Below are positions 40,735 through 50,934 of a stretch of DNA of 64,000 nucleotides, piece after piece. The DNA is taken from the NCBI GenBank assembly GCA_965204735.1, contig OZ242008.1:4064001-4128000 (forward strand), read 5' to 3'. The translations under genes and the position numbers were made by a program. Source of the stretch: Longimicrobiales bacterium (GTDB lineage Bacteria > Gemmatimonadota > Gemmatimonadetes > Longimicrobiales > Gaopeijiaceae). The notes under the pieces were generated by a model, which saw only the letters and a program-made list of their open reading frames with translations, was not told the origin of the DNA and made no database searches. The first letter of the stretch is position 1, and each line of letters opens with the position of its first letter.

Positions 40735-41019
40735 GGACCGGTCCTGGTAGGGGGGCGGATGTCCGAAGGAGCGTCCTGAACGATAGCCTCCGTCGTTCGT
40801 CGGTGCAACCGGGCTTGACCGGGCCTCGCGGATATCCTCTTGGGACGGCCACATCTTCCAGGGCTCGTACGATTCGGTGGACATGTTACCGGGCGTTCCT
40901 GGATGTGTGGTCGCTTCGCACACTTCTGGCTCTTGACGAAGCGGTGGCGCGAGCCCCTTGGGCTGCCGTCCGCATGGATCAAGTACGCTGCGTCTTCATC
41001 CCAAGCCGGAGGAGACGCG

Positions 41020-41172
41020 ATGTTCAGGAGGGGAAGCGAGTGCTGCTGCGACACTATCTCGACCAGGGGTGCCGAAGGCGGAGGTCGCCCGCCGCGTCGG
41101 CGTCAGCCGGAGGACGGTCTACCACTGGATCGAGACAGGCCAGCTCGACCGCGAACTCGACGCCGGGCCCCC
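41020..41172 (+). pseudogene. IS21-family IstA transposase N-terminal HTH relic
   Basis: RBS then MFRR / KRVLLRHYLDQG / VPKAEVARRVGVSRRTVYHWIETGQLDR in three frames. Confidence 0.6.
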
Positions 41173-41356
41173 CTGGTGGTCAGGCCTCCGTCTCATCGCC
41201 CCTCGCGGTGTTCGCGCAGGTACTGGAACCGCCCGTCGCCGAGGTCTTCCGCCGGACACCGGGGAACAGCCTCGACACGCTAATCTTCCGTTCTTCTCTC
41301 CTCGACAGCATTATCTTGGGATTGTTCTCCCCAGCAGCGGTGAGACGACAGCCAAA

Positions 41357-42919
41357 ATGGCCAAAACTCCAGCCAACCAATCGCTAGGGCCTTCGGCTCA
41401 AGAATCGGCTGCCGCGACGCCCGTGAAGGCCGCCGCGACGCTGGCCGCGGCGCCCGAGGCGTTCGTGTCCACGACGGCGATCAGCCGCGCCGTCTCGCGG
41501 GCCGTGCGGGGCGGCAAGCTACGGAAGATCGGCTCCCGCCTCTACACCAGCAACTTGGTGGACCCGGCCGAAGTCGTGGTGCGGCGCAACCTCTGGGGGA
41601 TCGTCGCGGGATACTTCCCAGGCGCAGTGGTGGCCGACCGCACGGCGTTCGAGATCGGCCCAGCCCCGGACGGCTCCGTCTGCATTGCGGCCGCGCGGGG
41701 GCGCGAGATCGAGCTGCCCGGAGTCGTCCTCCGTCCTCGCCGAGGGGCGGGGCCGGTCGAGCTGGACCAGCCGTTCATGACCGGACTTCACCTGAGCTCC
41801 CGGGCGCGGGCGTTCTTGGAGAACATGCGGCCCAGCCGGGCACGGGGCGGGCGCGTGTCGCGAACCCTGTCCCGGCGCGAGATCGAAGAACGCCTGGACG
41901 CCGTGACCTCGTTGTCGGGCGAAGCGGCGGTCAATCGGCTGCGCGAACAAGTGCGGATCGTGGCGACGGCACTGGACATGCGCGACGAGGCGGCAGCGCT
42001 GGACGCCTTGATCGGCGCGCTCCTGGGAACCCGGTCAGCCCGGCTGTCCTCCCCCGCGGCCCAGGCACGCGCGAGAGGTCGTCCTTTCGACTCCGGCCGG
42101 GTCGCCCTCTTCGAGACGCTGGATCGCGCGCTCCGCGACTACCCGCCCCGAACTGTTCCCGCCCCGCCCCGCGACACTGCCGGCCGCAAGACTCTGGCCT
42201 TCTTCGAGGCGTACTTCTCGAACTTCATTGAAGGCACCGAGTTCAGCATCGAAGAAGCCGCCGGAATCGTCTTTGACGGCAATGTCCCAGCGGAGCGACC
42301 GGCGGACGCCCACGACGTGACGGGCACCTGGCGCCTGGTGTCCGACGACGCCGAGATGGCCCGGACCCCGGACAGCTTTCGCGACCTTGAAGCGCTGCTC
42401 CAGTCGCGCCACCGAACGATCATGGGCGGGCGGCCCGACACGCGCCCCGGCGAGTTCAAGTCCGTCTCCAACCGAGCCGGGGCGACGGTGTTCGTGGACC
42501 CCGCATTGGTGCGCGGCACGCTGGAGCAGGGCTTCGGACATTGGCGGAGTCTCGAGACGCCCTTTCAGCGCGCCGTCTTCGCGATGTTCCTCGTGACCGA
42601 GGTCCACCCCTTCGCGGACGGCAACGGACGAGTGGCCCGCATCATGATGAACACGGAGCTGGTGGCCGGCGGCGAACACCGCATCCTGGTGCCCACGGTC
42701 TTCCGCGCCAACTACGTCGCCGCGCTCCGAGCCCTGTCGCGAACGGGACGCCCTGAGCCGCTGGTCCAAGTGATGGACTACGCCCGCCGATGGACCGCCC
42801 AGGTCCCGTGGCGCTCGCTGGACGAAACGCGCCGCGAACTCGAGCAGTGCCACGCATTCCTGGACGCGGAAGACGCCGAAGCCGAGGGGAAGCGCTTGAG
42901 GATGCCTGCGGCTTCTTGA
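41357..42919 (+). CDS. Fic family protein with long N-terminal domain
   Basis: EAYFSNFIEGT and canonical HPFADGNGRVAR. Start uncertain. Confidence 0.85.
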   Translation: MAKTPANQSLGPSAQESAAATPVKAAATLAAAPEAFVSTTAISRAVSRAVRGGKLRKIGSRLYTSNLVDPAEVVVRRNLWGIVAGYFPGAVVADRTAFEIGPAPDGSVCIAAARGREIELPGVVLRPRRGAGPVELDQPFMTGLHLSSRARAFLENMRPSRARGGRVSRTLSRREIEERLDAVTSLSGEAAVNRLREQVRIVATALDMRDEAAALDALIGALLGTRSARLSSPAAQARARGRPFDSGRVALFETLDRALRDYPPRTVPAPPRDTAGRKTLAFFEAYFSNFIEGTEFSIEEAAGIVFDGNVPAERPADAHDVTGTWRLVSDDAEMARTPDSFRDLEALLQSRHRTIMGGRPDTRPGEFKSVSNRAGATVFVDPALVRGTLEQGFGHWRSLETPFQRAVFAMFLVTEVHPFADGNGRVARIMMNTELVAGGEHRILVPTVFRANYVAALRALSRTGRPEPLVQVMDYARRWTAQVPWRSLDETRRELEQCHAFLDAEDAEAEGKRLRMPAAS

Positions 42920-42967
42920 TTTGGTGCCGTCCCCGAGCACCCCGCGGTCTCGGGTCGGGCGGTTCGG

Positions 42968-44713
42968 CTACCGTGAAGGTACGCCCAGCAACTTGGTGAT
43001 TTCGTCTCTCAGGACATCACGGCGAGTATCGTAAAACAACTTGAAGTCGGTCATCTCCCTGGGTACGTCACCAAGTCTGTGAAGATCGCAGTACGACTGG
43101 CGCTGTTCTTCGCTCATCTCTCCGCCCATCCAGTCCGCCGGCAACTTGGTGCCCTTGGTGACGTTCTCCGTGCCGGGGAGCAACTGAAGATTGGCTAGCC
43201 GATCGCGACAGTCAACGACGTCCTCCCACTCGTCTTCTGGCAGCCCAGCCTTCCGTAACTGGGTCCTGGTGAACCCAGCCTTCGGAAAGACATGGTCGAT
43301 GTGGAAGAAAAAGCTGTCGACGTTGACGAACGGAAAGAGGAGTGAGAGCAGAGCAAACGTCCGGGAGTCGCCGTACTTGATATCCGCCAGGTCCTCGATC
43401 TCTTCGGGCTCGAAGGCCAAGGATCGACCATGACGAGTCATCTCCCTTCTTATGTCGATCACAGGGAAAGGTCCGCTACTCTCCCTGATGACACTCCGCA
43501 ATCCTGTGAGCAGGGTATCCAGACCGCTTCCCCATATTCCCGATTTGAGGATGCTTCGCACCAACCAGCCACGGATTTCGTTTCTATCTTCCGCATAATC
43601 CCTGCTCGTCAGAAAAGTATCTGTGTGATCCCTCGTATGAATGTAATAGGCTATCGGCAAGACCGCGCTGTCTGCGCGCAGCGTCCGGCTGCTGAACCCA
43701 AAGCTAGCAATCAAGCGAACAGTCCGTACGAGAGAGTCCTTGATGCTCTGCCACGACTTTTCTAGAGTGGTCATGTTCCGATTGTTGAAATTGCCGACCT
43801 TGAATCTTATGCTCCCAATGTCGCTCATCATTAGACCCGCCTTGAGAACCCAATCCTTTGAGAACGAAAACCGTCCTTGGTGTCGAATGTCTTGTACCAG
43901 ACTGCGAATCTCTTTGCGTGCGTCGTGGTCCTTGAATGCCGCTACGGCGACAGAAAGCAAGAGATCAGAGTAAGACAACGGCGTGCCGCCGCTGTTCATC
44001 CGAATGAAGATCTGGAGCACTTTCTCGAGATCTTGGCTGTCTTCTTCATAGTACGCCACGACTTGGTCCTTATGAGTCACTTGATACAGACGCCACAGTG
44101 CTCCCAGTCCGCCAGTCAGGGCTTTTTGACTTGGGTGCTTGTCCAGCCAGTCCTGCATTTCTACAGGGGAGGTCATGGACAGGATATCCGACACCCTAAA
44201 CCAGCACTCGTCGGAATCGGCGTTGTCAAGGTTGCCCTTGGTCAAGAATGCAAAGCGGTATCTCCTGCCTCCCCCGTCTTCGTGGGGCTCCCACAGCAAG
44301 TCCAGGTGGAGATGCCGAATAGGAAAAGCACTGGGATCATTCCAGCGTCGATAGGGCAGCTTCCAAGCCATGCTTCCTCGGAAGCCAATGTTGAGCGCAG
44401 TTAGACGTTGCTGTCCGTCAAGCACTGCCGTGAGTGGTTGTCCCGGCATCGGCTCGTATGATCTGCCGTAGGGCAGCTTGCTTTGGTGATAGTTTAGTAC
44501 GAAGTCGTAGTAGGTGTAATCGCCGCTGTTCTTGGGCTCTACGTTCCAGTACAGGAAGGTCCCGAACGGATAGCCCTGCATCAGGCTGTCGAACAACCCG
44601 CAGATCTGGCGAGGCCGCCACACGAATTCGCGCTGGATTGCGGGCAGAACCAGCCGATTGCTGTGGACCGCATCAAGTGTCTTCTTGATGGTATGGCCAG
44701 TCTGGTACGACAC
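42968..44713 (-). CDS. GmrSD-like DUF262 plus HNH (DUF1524) protein, type IV restriction-like
   Basis: LPAIQREFVW, LDGQQRLT, FIRMNSGGTPL, IDHVFP...LANLQLL...N. Confidence 0.85.
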   Translation of the reverse strand: MSYQTGHTIKKTLDAVHSNRLVLPAIQREFVWRPRQICGLFDSLMQGYPFGTFLYWNVEPKNSGDYTYYDFVLNYHQSKLPYGRSYEPMPGQPLTAVLDGQQRLTALNIGFRGSMAWKLPYRRWNDPSAFPIRHLHLDLLWEPHEDGGGRRYRFAFLTKGNLDNADSDECWFRVSDILSMTSPVEMQDWLDKHPSQKALTGGLGALWRLYQVTHKDQVVAYYEEDSQDLEKVLQIFIRMNSGGTPLSYSDLLLSVAVAAFKDHDARKEIRSLVQDIRHQGRFSFSKDWVLKAGLMMSDIGSIRFKVGNFNNRNMTTLEKSWQSIKDSLVRTVRLIASFGFSSRTLRADSAVLPIAYYIHTRDHTDTFLTSRDYAEDRNEIRGWLVRSILKSGIWGSGLDTLLTGLRSVIRESSGPFPVIDIRREMTRHGRSLAFEPEEIEDLADIKYGDSRTFALLSLLFPFVNVDSFFFHIDHVFPKAGFTRTQLRKAGLPEDEWEDVVDCRDRLANLQLLPGTENVTKGTKLPADWMGGEMSEEQRQSYCDLHRLGDVPREMTDFKLFYDTRRDVLRDEITKLLGVPSR

Positions 44714-44936
44714 AAGACCTCCTCATGGTCTCTATGGGGCGAGGTGTGGGCGCTGCGGGCTTCCACGTGAGCAGAACTTCATTCAATCAGTCAGAAGTCT
44801 ACAGCACTGAGTGCGCGGTGTCAACGACACGGCATGGCCAGCCTGTCAAGCCAGTGGATACACCTCCTCGTAGCCGAGAGCCGTCCGGGGAGAACGCTCG
44901 ACCCGTCGCTGGACCTCGATTCCGATCCGCCGACCG

Positions 44937-46496
44937 TCACACGTACTCCCGGCGCCACTTGCCGAACTCCCGCTCGAGTTCCTTCATCAGCGACCGACAT
45001 TCGCCTCCCGGTCGCCCGGCCTCCGCGTGGGCGACGACCTGGCAGAGGTCGGTCGGGTCCCACCCCAGCGGCTCGGCCAGATTCCGAAGCTTGACGTCCG
45101 CAATCGCGGATGGACCGTCCGCTGCCCGGTCGTACACGGCTTCCAGGTAGTCCATGCGGTCCGCAAGGTCACCGGCTTCGACGTGCAGCTGATCCGCCGT
45201 CGCTTCCAATCTGCGTCGCAGCAGTCTCCAAACCCAGACGGCCGGTGCGTCGTCGCCGGGAAGGAAGACTACGGTCGCTGTCCGCCGCGCCCTGTCGGCG
45301 ATCTCGGCCTCGACACCGGTGTCGCGCCGGTCGCCGCCCAGAACGAACACGAAGTTGCCGATCTCCCCGAACTTCATGAACGCGGCGGCACGGCCGGGAA
45401 ACTCGGAGGCGTCGGCGTCCCGGCCGATCCTCACGCACTCCCTTCGAGTCCGAAGCCGTGGGAACAGGACATCGAAGACGCCGCGGAGGATCGCTTCCGC
45501 CGTCTCGTCCTCGCACAGCAGGCTGAGCGCGTTCCGGGCGCGACCGTAGAGCGCGTCCTGCACGATGTCGCGATAGGGCGCGACGGCCTCGACGCGCCCC
45601 TGCGCATCGCGCTCGAGGAATACCCGGCCAAGGGGGTGAATGGACTCCAGCACGACAGGGCTGTGAGTCGTCACGATGATCTGGAGGCCATTCAGCACGG
45701 ACAACTCCTGCAATTGAAGCATGAGAAGCTGCTGCACCCAAGGATGCAATCCAGCTTCGACCTGGTCGATCAGAACCAGCGCGTCGCGCAGATGCGCAAT
45801 CTCTTGGGACAAGCGCAGTATGGCCCGCTCGCCGGCGGCCATGTGGAGCTCCGAGTACGCCGCGCCTCCCTTCTGTCTGGCGAACAACAGGCTGTGGCCG
45901 TCTCGCGCAAGGTTGGTCACTCCCGAGTACTTGAACGGCAACATCTTCTCGGCAAAGTCCGTCTCCCAGAGCGTCAACGGTCTCTCCTTCGTCGCAGACC
46001 GTCCCCGGGTCATGCCGGCGACCGAGTCGCGAACCTCCGCCGGGTCGTCGAGGTTCCTCGTCACGTGCACGTGGACGGGCCGCTCGGGCTGGGACGCGTT
46101 CCACCGACCGTAGAACGTCTGCCGCCAACCACTGGTGCGGCGCCACCGCATGGCCCGTCCCCCGTTCGGGGTGGAGTACTCGAACTCGATGGCGGCGGGC
46201 CCCCGAACATCCCTGTACGTCCCCCGCCTGGGCCGATAGTCCGCGAACAGCGTGGCCGGCAGAAAGTCTCCGTGGCGCGCTCCGGGCACTCGGTAGGCGC
46301 AGGCTACCGCGGCCAGGACCGTGGACTTGCCGGTGGCGTTGCCGCCGCCGACCGCGACGACCGGCGAGATGAACCCCACAGCCAAGTCGTCGATTCCCCG
46401 AATGCCTTGCAGGCGAACCTGCGTCAAGAAGTGGGGCAGATCGGCCCTCTTTGCCAGCACACGGTCCCAGAGGCTCCGGAGGCGTCTCTCGATCAC
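44937..46496 (-). CDS. OLD-like ABC ATPase with C-terminal TOPRIM-like region, degenerate motifs
   Basis: GGNATGKST, HMAAGE, LIDQVEAGLHP, TTHSP, LLCED, FVLGGD. Confidence 0.7.
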   Translation of the reverse strand: MIERRLRSLWDRVLAKRADLPHFLTQVRLQGIRGIDDLAVGFISPVVAVGGGNATGKSTVLAAVACAYRVPGARHGDFLPATLFADYRPRRGTYRDVRGPAAIEFEYSTPNGGRAMRWRRTSGWRQTFYGRWNASQPERPVHVHVTRNLDDPAEVRDSVAGMTRGRSATKERPLTLWETDFAEKMLPFKYSGVTNLARDGHSLLFARQKGGAAYSELHMAAGERAILRLSQEIAHLRDALVLIDQVEAGLHPWVQQLLMLQLQELSVLNGLQIIVTTHSPVVLESIHPLGRVFLERDAQGRVEAVAPYRDIVQDALYGRARNALSLLCEDETAEAILRGVFDVLFPRLRTRRECVRIGRDADASEFPGRAAAFMKFGEIGNFVFVLGGDRRDTGVEAEIADRARRTATVVFLPGDDAPAVWVWRLLRRRLEATADQLHVEAGDLADRMDYLEAVYDRAADGPSAIADVKLRNLAEPLGWDPTDLCQVVAHAEAGRPGGECRSLMKELEREFGKWRREYV

Positions 46497-46749
46497 CAGG
46501 TCGTCCGTAGCCGCTGGCTGGCCGGCGTCACTTCAGGACCTCCCAGCGCCCAGCCTTCGTCGGACCAACGTGCCGAATGATCCCGGCTTTCCGCAGCTTG
46601 GCCAGATGGTACTTGACGCCACTCGGCGTGATGCCGATGCGTTCGGCCAGAAGGCGTCGCGTGATGCGCGGTTCGGCTTCAAGGAGCGTCAGGATGCGCT
46701 CTCGCGTAGTCGTCGGCAGGGGCTCGGCTTCTTGCTCTTGGACACGAGG

Positions 46750-46915
46750 GCACGGTTCTTGGGTAGTCGCGGTCGGTTCTTGGGTAGTCCAGGCCGGTTC
46801 TTGGGCAGTTTCTTGGGCAGTCGTAGCTGTTTCTTGGGTAGTTTCTTGGGTAGTCGCCTCCAGTTCTTGGGCAGTCGTGGTCGTGGCCGTGCCGTTCTGG
46901 GCCGTGGTTTCCCTC
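46750..46915 (-). repeat. Degenerate 12/21-bp coding tandem repeats (TTQE/TAQE)
   Basis: Repeated TTCTTGGG(T/C)AGT units. Confidence 0.8.
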
Positions 46916-47830
46916 GAGCCGGCCCCCACGTCGGCCATCCGATAGGAAGCCGAGAACGGGAACTCCACCCACAACCCGTCCGGCTCGACTCGCCACTGCG
47001 GCAGTGGACAACCGGCCGCCTCGCAGCTCTCGACGACTCGCTGGACGCCTCGGCCCCAAGCTTCGATCAGCCCCGCCCGGAAGAACGCATTGGCAATCAC
47101 GGGGTTGTACGGCTGGGAAGGGTGGCTCCCCATCAGCTTCTCCAGCGACCATCCCTCCGGCAGACGGCCTGGATTCCAAAGCACGATCCGGTCGTCGTAG
47201 ACTCGAATTTGACTGGGCGTCGGACGAGCGTAGTCCCTGTGAATCACGGCGTTGACGACCGCCTCGCGCATCGCGTCCGCCGGTACGGGGAACGTCTCGA
47301 CCCGCTTCACGCCCCGGTACGACACCAATGCTCTTGTGTACTTCGTGAAGAGAAGGTCCACGGTGCGGTCCACTTGCGTGAACAGGGTGCCTTCAATCAC
47401 GTCCTGAAACACCAGTTCCGAGCCATGGAAGTACCCGATCTTTACATATGCTTCGCCCCAGAAGCGATGCGGCGCCGGATGGAAGAGCAATACCGCCGCC
47501 CGCTTGAGGTGCCTGCCTTCCCGCAGGTTGAGCTTGTCGACCACTCCAGCATCCGATTCGTCCGCGACGGCCGGGGACAACCGTTCGCTGGTCGCTGCTA
47601 GACGCCGAAAGTTCTCGATCGCCCGTCCGTCCAAGTCGTTGATGCCGACTTCCGGCATCGCCACGTCGTCCCATGTCTTGCCGTGCTTCCGCATCAGGAA
47701 CCGGCTCAAGGCAGCGCCGTGAAGCACCTGTTTCGTTGATCCGCTCCGGTAGTGAAACTCTCCCTTGTAGCTGATCGGATTCGGGTAGGGACCAACCACG
47801 ATCTGCAGGTACTCGGCGCCGTCCTTGGAC

Positions 47831-49629
47831 CCCGCCTTATTCACCAGAGGTGCGGTGAGAGGGATGGCGTGCGGCGGCGAGGCCGATAGGTTCAAGGTGT
47901 CCGGCCAAGAACTGGCGACCTGCCGCTCGCAACGCCGAGGTGAAGATAGTGAGTGCTCCGTTTCGATTCAACAAGTCGGTGCGCGTCGAGGTCCGTCCCG
48001 ACAAGGTGACGGGCGACGCGGGAGCCCTGCTGTGCCGCGAGGTGCTGAGCGCCAGCGGCGTGGACCGCTGGATGAGCGAGCGCATCGACGACGCACGGGA
48101 CCCGCGCCGGATTCGCCATTCGATGGCGGACCTGGTGCGGACGGCGTGCCTGCTGGCCGCCCAGGGCCGGCGAGACCACGACGACGCGACGGTGTTGCGC
48201 GACGATCCCGCGTTCCGGTTGGCAACCAGCGGGCGGGCAGGCACGACGCCGTTGGCCGACGGGCATGGCCTGGCGTCGCAGCCGACGCTGTCGCGGCTGG
48301 TGGCGACGCTGACACGGGGCGCCAACCCGGAGGTGCTGCGGGAGGGGCTGGTGCGGCTGGCGGGCTGGCGGCTGCGGGCGCGCAACGGAGGCTGCCGATC
48401 GCCGCAGATGGTGGTGGACCTGGACAGCCTGCCGATCAAGGTGCACGGCCGGCAGCCGGGCAGCAAGTGGAACGGCTACTTCAAGGCGACGGGGTACCAT
48501 CCGCTGGTGGCGTCGTCGGGCGAGACGGGCGACTTGCTGGACGCTCGCCTGCGGGAGGGCTCGGCCCACACGGCTGAGGGCGGGATGGAGTTCGTGCTGG
48601 CGGTGCTGGACCGAGTGGAGCGGCACTGCTGCCGCAAGGCGGTGGTGCGGATGGACGCGGGCTACCCGGCCGAACCTCTGATGCGGGCGCTCGAGGACCG
48701 GCGCACGCCGTACGTGGCGCGGATCAAGGCCAACTCGGTGCTGGACGAGTTGGCGGAGCCGGGCGTGGACGAGGCGGTGCTGGCGGCTTGGGACGACGAG
48801 GGGGAAGAGGGGGACGAGCGGGAAGAGGCGCGGATGTGGACCTGGGAGCCCGAGTACTACCGAGCCGCTTCGTGGTCGCGGGCGCGGCGCGTCGTGTGCG
48901 TGATCAAGGAGCGGCCCGGCGAGTTCTTCCCGGAGAAGTTCTGGCTGATCACGTCGATGTCGGCCGACGAGATGCCCGCCGCCGCGCTGCTGGCGCTCTA
49001 CCGGAAGCGGGGCAAGGCCGAGGGCCACATGGGGGAGCTGAAGAGCGTCGTGGACCCGGCGTTGTCGTCGTCGCCGCGGCCCAAGCGCTGCTACCGGGGC
49101 CGACCGGTCGCGACGCGCGGCCCGAGCGTCGACGCGTTCGCCTGCAACGAGGTGCGCCTGCTCGTCGCGCTCTTCGGCTACCAGATCATGCACGTGCTGC
49201 GCACCTCGCTGGAACGGGCCACCAAGACCGGCTGGAGCCTGCGCCGGCTGCTGGAGCGCGTCTTGCGCGCGCCGGCCCGGTTCACCGTGTCGGGCCGGCG
49301 CGTGACGACGATCGTGGGCCGCTCCGCGCAACACTGGGCGCTGGCCGTCCGGCAGCTGTCCTTGTTGCCGGACCCGGGCGGCTAGCCACGAAGAACCGAC
49401 TGCCAACCGCCCTCCTGTTCGACGATCCCGGGTCGCCCCGACGCCCCCGTGCGTCCAAGTGCGCTCCGACCGGCCAGGAACGCCTGCCCAAGTCTCGCTC
49501 CGCCCGCCCCATGCTCCCGAATTGGCCCCATTCACGCCGAATTGGCCCCCATTCACGCACTGTCCGCGCCTCGCCGCCGCCCAACCTCCACAAATCCCGT
49601 CCGCACGCCCACTTCATGAATAAGGCGGG
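47831..49629 (+). mobile_element. IS1380-family insertion sequence, 1799 bp
   Basis: Perfect 13-bp TIRs CCCGCCTTATTCA (47831-47843) and TGAATAAGGCGGG (49617-49629); flanking TTGGAC duplication. Confidence 0.95.
47940..49385 (+). CDS. IS1380 family DDE transposase
   Basis: TGDAGALL, LRDDP, ASQPTLSR, DLDS, GYHPL, RMDAGY, YRKRGKAE. Confidence 0.9.
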   Translation: MKIVSAPFRFNKSVRVEVRPDKVTGDAGALLCREVLSASGVDRWMSERIDDARDPRRIRHSMADLVRTACLLAAQGRRDHDDATVLRDDPAFRLATSGRAGTTPLADGHGLASQPTLSRLVATLTRGANPEVLREGLVRLAGWRLRARNGGCRSPQMVVDLDSLPIKVHGRQPGSKWNGYFKATGYHPLVASSGETGDLLDARLREGSAHTAEGGMEFVLAVLDRVERHCCRKAVVRMDAGYPAEPLMRALEDRRTPYVARIKANSVLDELAEPGVDEAVLAAWDDEGEEGDEREEARMWTWEPEYYRAASWSRARRVVCVIKERPGEFFPEKFWLITSMSADEMPAAALLALYRKRGKAEGHMGELKSVVDPALSSSPRPKRCYRGRPVATRGPSVDAFACNEVRLLVALFGYQIMHVLRTSLERATKTGWSLRRLLERVLRAPARFTVSGRRVTTIVGRSAQHWALAVRQLSLLPDPGG

Positions 49630-49914
49630 TTGGACTTGAGGTTCACGTCCACGATGATGCCCAGCAACGACTGAATCTTGTTGGGGATCTCCTCCAGGAG
49701 TCGGACAATGTCCTTCACGCCCACGACCTTGCCCCGATCGTCCCTTCCGACTTCCAGCACGCCGCCGTGCGCGTTTGCAAAGCCGCACACCCACTTCAGA
49801 TGCTCGTCCCGCCAAGACGTCTTCCATTCCAGGTTTTGGCTCTCGGCCATGACGCCCTTCCGAGACAGCGTTATCGGCTTGACGAGTCCAGCGCGGTCTA
49901 GTCGGTTCCCTCTG

Positions 49915-50934
49915 CTACGCGCCCGGCACGTAAGCCACGATCCTCAACGGCCCACCGCTCCCGTTCTCGATCTTCATCGGCAGCGCGACCACCGCCGCTC
50001 CCACAGCTGGCAACTCGTCCAGGTTCGTGACGTTCTCGAAGCCGGCAATCTCCTGGGCGTACAGGATCACGTGGGACTCGAAGTTGACGGACTGGCCGTA
50101 GTCGATGCTGGGCGTGTCAATGCCCACGGCGGCCACGGCCCGGTTGTCCACCAGCCACTGGGCCGCGTCGGGGCCGATCCCGGGGAAGTGCAGCTCGGGC
50201 ACGGCGGCGGGACCGGTGGCCGAAGTCCCCAGGTAGGCCGCGCGGTCGCTCCATCGCTCCGACCAGCCCGTCCGCACCAGCAGGATCGAGCCGTCGGCGA
50301 TGCGCCCGTGCTCGGCCTCCCACGCTTCCAGATCGGCGGCGGAGAGTTGGTAGTCGGGCGTCGCCTGGGCCGACACGTCCACGACCGACGCGGGCGCGAT
50401 CAGGCTCGACAGCGGCACTTGGTCGGCCGTCCGCCGGCCCTCGGCGAAGTGGCTGGGGGCGTCCAGGTGGGTCCCCCCGTGCTCGGCGGAGGCGAAGGCG
50501 TAGGAGGAGTAGAACCAGCCGGCCTCGGTCGTGCCGTAGGCGAGCTCGGTGTGCTGGAAGCCGGCGGTGTCGGTAGGCCAGTAGATCGTCGAAGGGCCGA
50601 AGGAGTGGGAAAGGTCCACCCAGCGTCCGGCGCTGCCGTCGAAGGCGGCCAGAGGGTTGTCGGGCGGGGACGCGGCGGGCTGGCAACCGGTCAAGAGAAG
50701 TACGGCCAGAGTGCCGACGAAGCTTGGGAACACCGACGGCCTGGACACCGACGCCCCGGACACCAACCGCCCCGACGCCGACGGCCCCGATGCCGACCGC
50801 CCGGACACCAACCGCCCCGACACCGACGCCCCCGACGCCGACCGCCCAGACGCCAACGGCCGGAAACCGCCGGAAGGTCGCGGGCCGACCGCAGCGACCC
50901 GCCGACGAGGCACCCGCGGCGCCGCAATCGCCAT
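49915..50934 (-). CDS. Cyclase family (kynurenine formamidase-like) metal hydrolase, probable lipoprotein
   Basis: EHGGTHLDAPSHF, GIDTPSID, EN, PMKI..GSGGPLR; LTGC lipobox. Confidence 0.85.
   Translation of the reverse strand: MAIAAPRVPRRRVAAVGPRPSGGFRPLASGRSASGASVSGRLVSGRSASGPSASGRLVSGASVSRPSVFPSFVGTLAVLLLTGCQPAASPPDNPLAAFDGSAGRWVDLSHSFGPSTIYWPTDTAGFQHTELAYGTTEAGWFYSSYAFASAEHGGTHLDAPSHFAEGRRTADQVPLSSLIAPASVVDVSAQATPDYQLSAADLEAWEAEHGRIADGSILLVRTGWSERWSDRAAYLGTSATGPAAVPELHFPGIGPDAAQWLVDNRAVAAVGIDTPSIDYGQSVNFESHVILYAQEIAGFENVTNLDELPAVGAAVVALPMKIENGSGGPLRIVAYVPGA
50728..50860 (-). repeat. ~9 x 15-bp coding tandem repeat (SGRSA/SGASV/SGRLV)
   Basis: Repeated ccc(c/g)gac(a/g)cc(g/a)ac units. Confidence 0.75.

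Larger units (their letters stand above)
29746..49850. other. Defence-type accessory island
   Basis: Dense run of ATPase, nuclease and TA-like genes, IS elements and pseudogenes, with visibly more AT-rich segments, between ahcY and a cyclase gene. No integrase seen. Confidence 0.75.
46528..49850 (-). pseudogene. AlbA_2/Schlafen plus HATPase_c_4 plus HTH regulator interrupted by IS1380
   Basis: 5' half ESQNLEWK...GFANAHGG...VNLKS (49850-49630). 3' half KDGAEYL...REAVVNAVIHRDY...IEAWGRG...HTH (47830-46528). Removing the IS and one TSD restores the frame. Confidence 0.9.

Noticed and set aside
46750..46915. CRISPR-like array
   Set aside because: Units are 12-21 bp, degenerate, lack unique spacers, and encode a TTQE linker.
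49517..49560. ~20-bp direct repeat CCGAATTGGCCCCATTCACG x2
   Set aside because: It lies inside the IS1380 3' non-coding region and is not an independent feature.
29700..49920. att sites, integrase or tRNA anchoring the island
   Set aside because: No integrase ORF, tRNA or flanking direct repeat was recognisable by eye.
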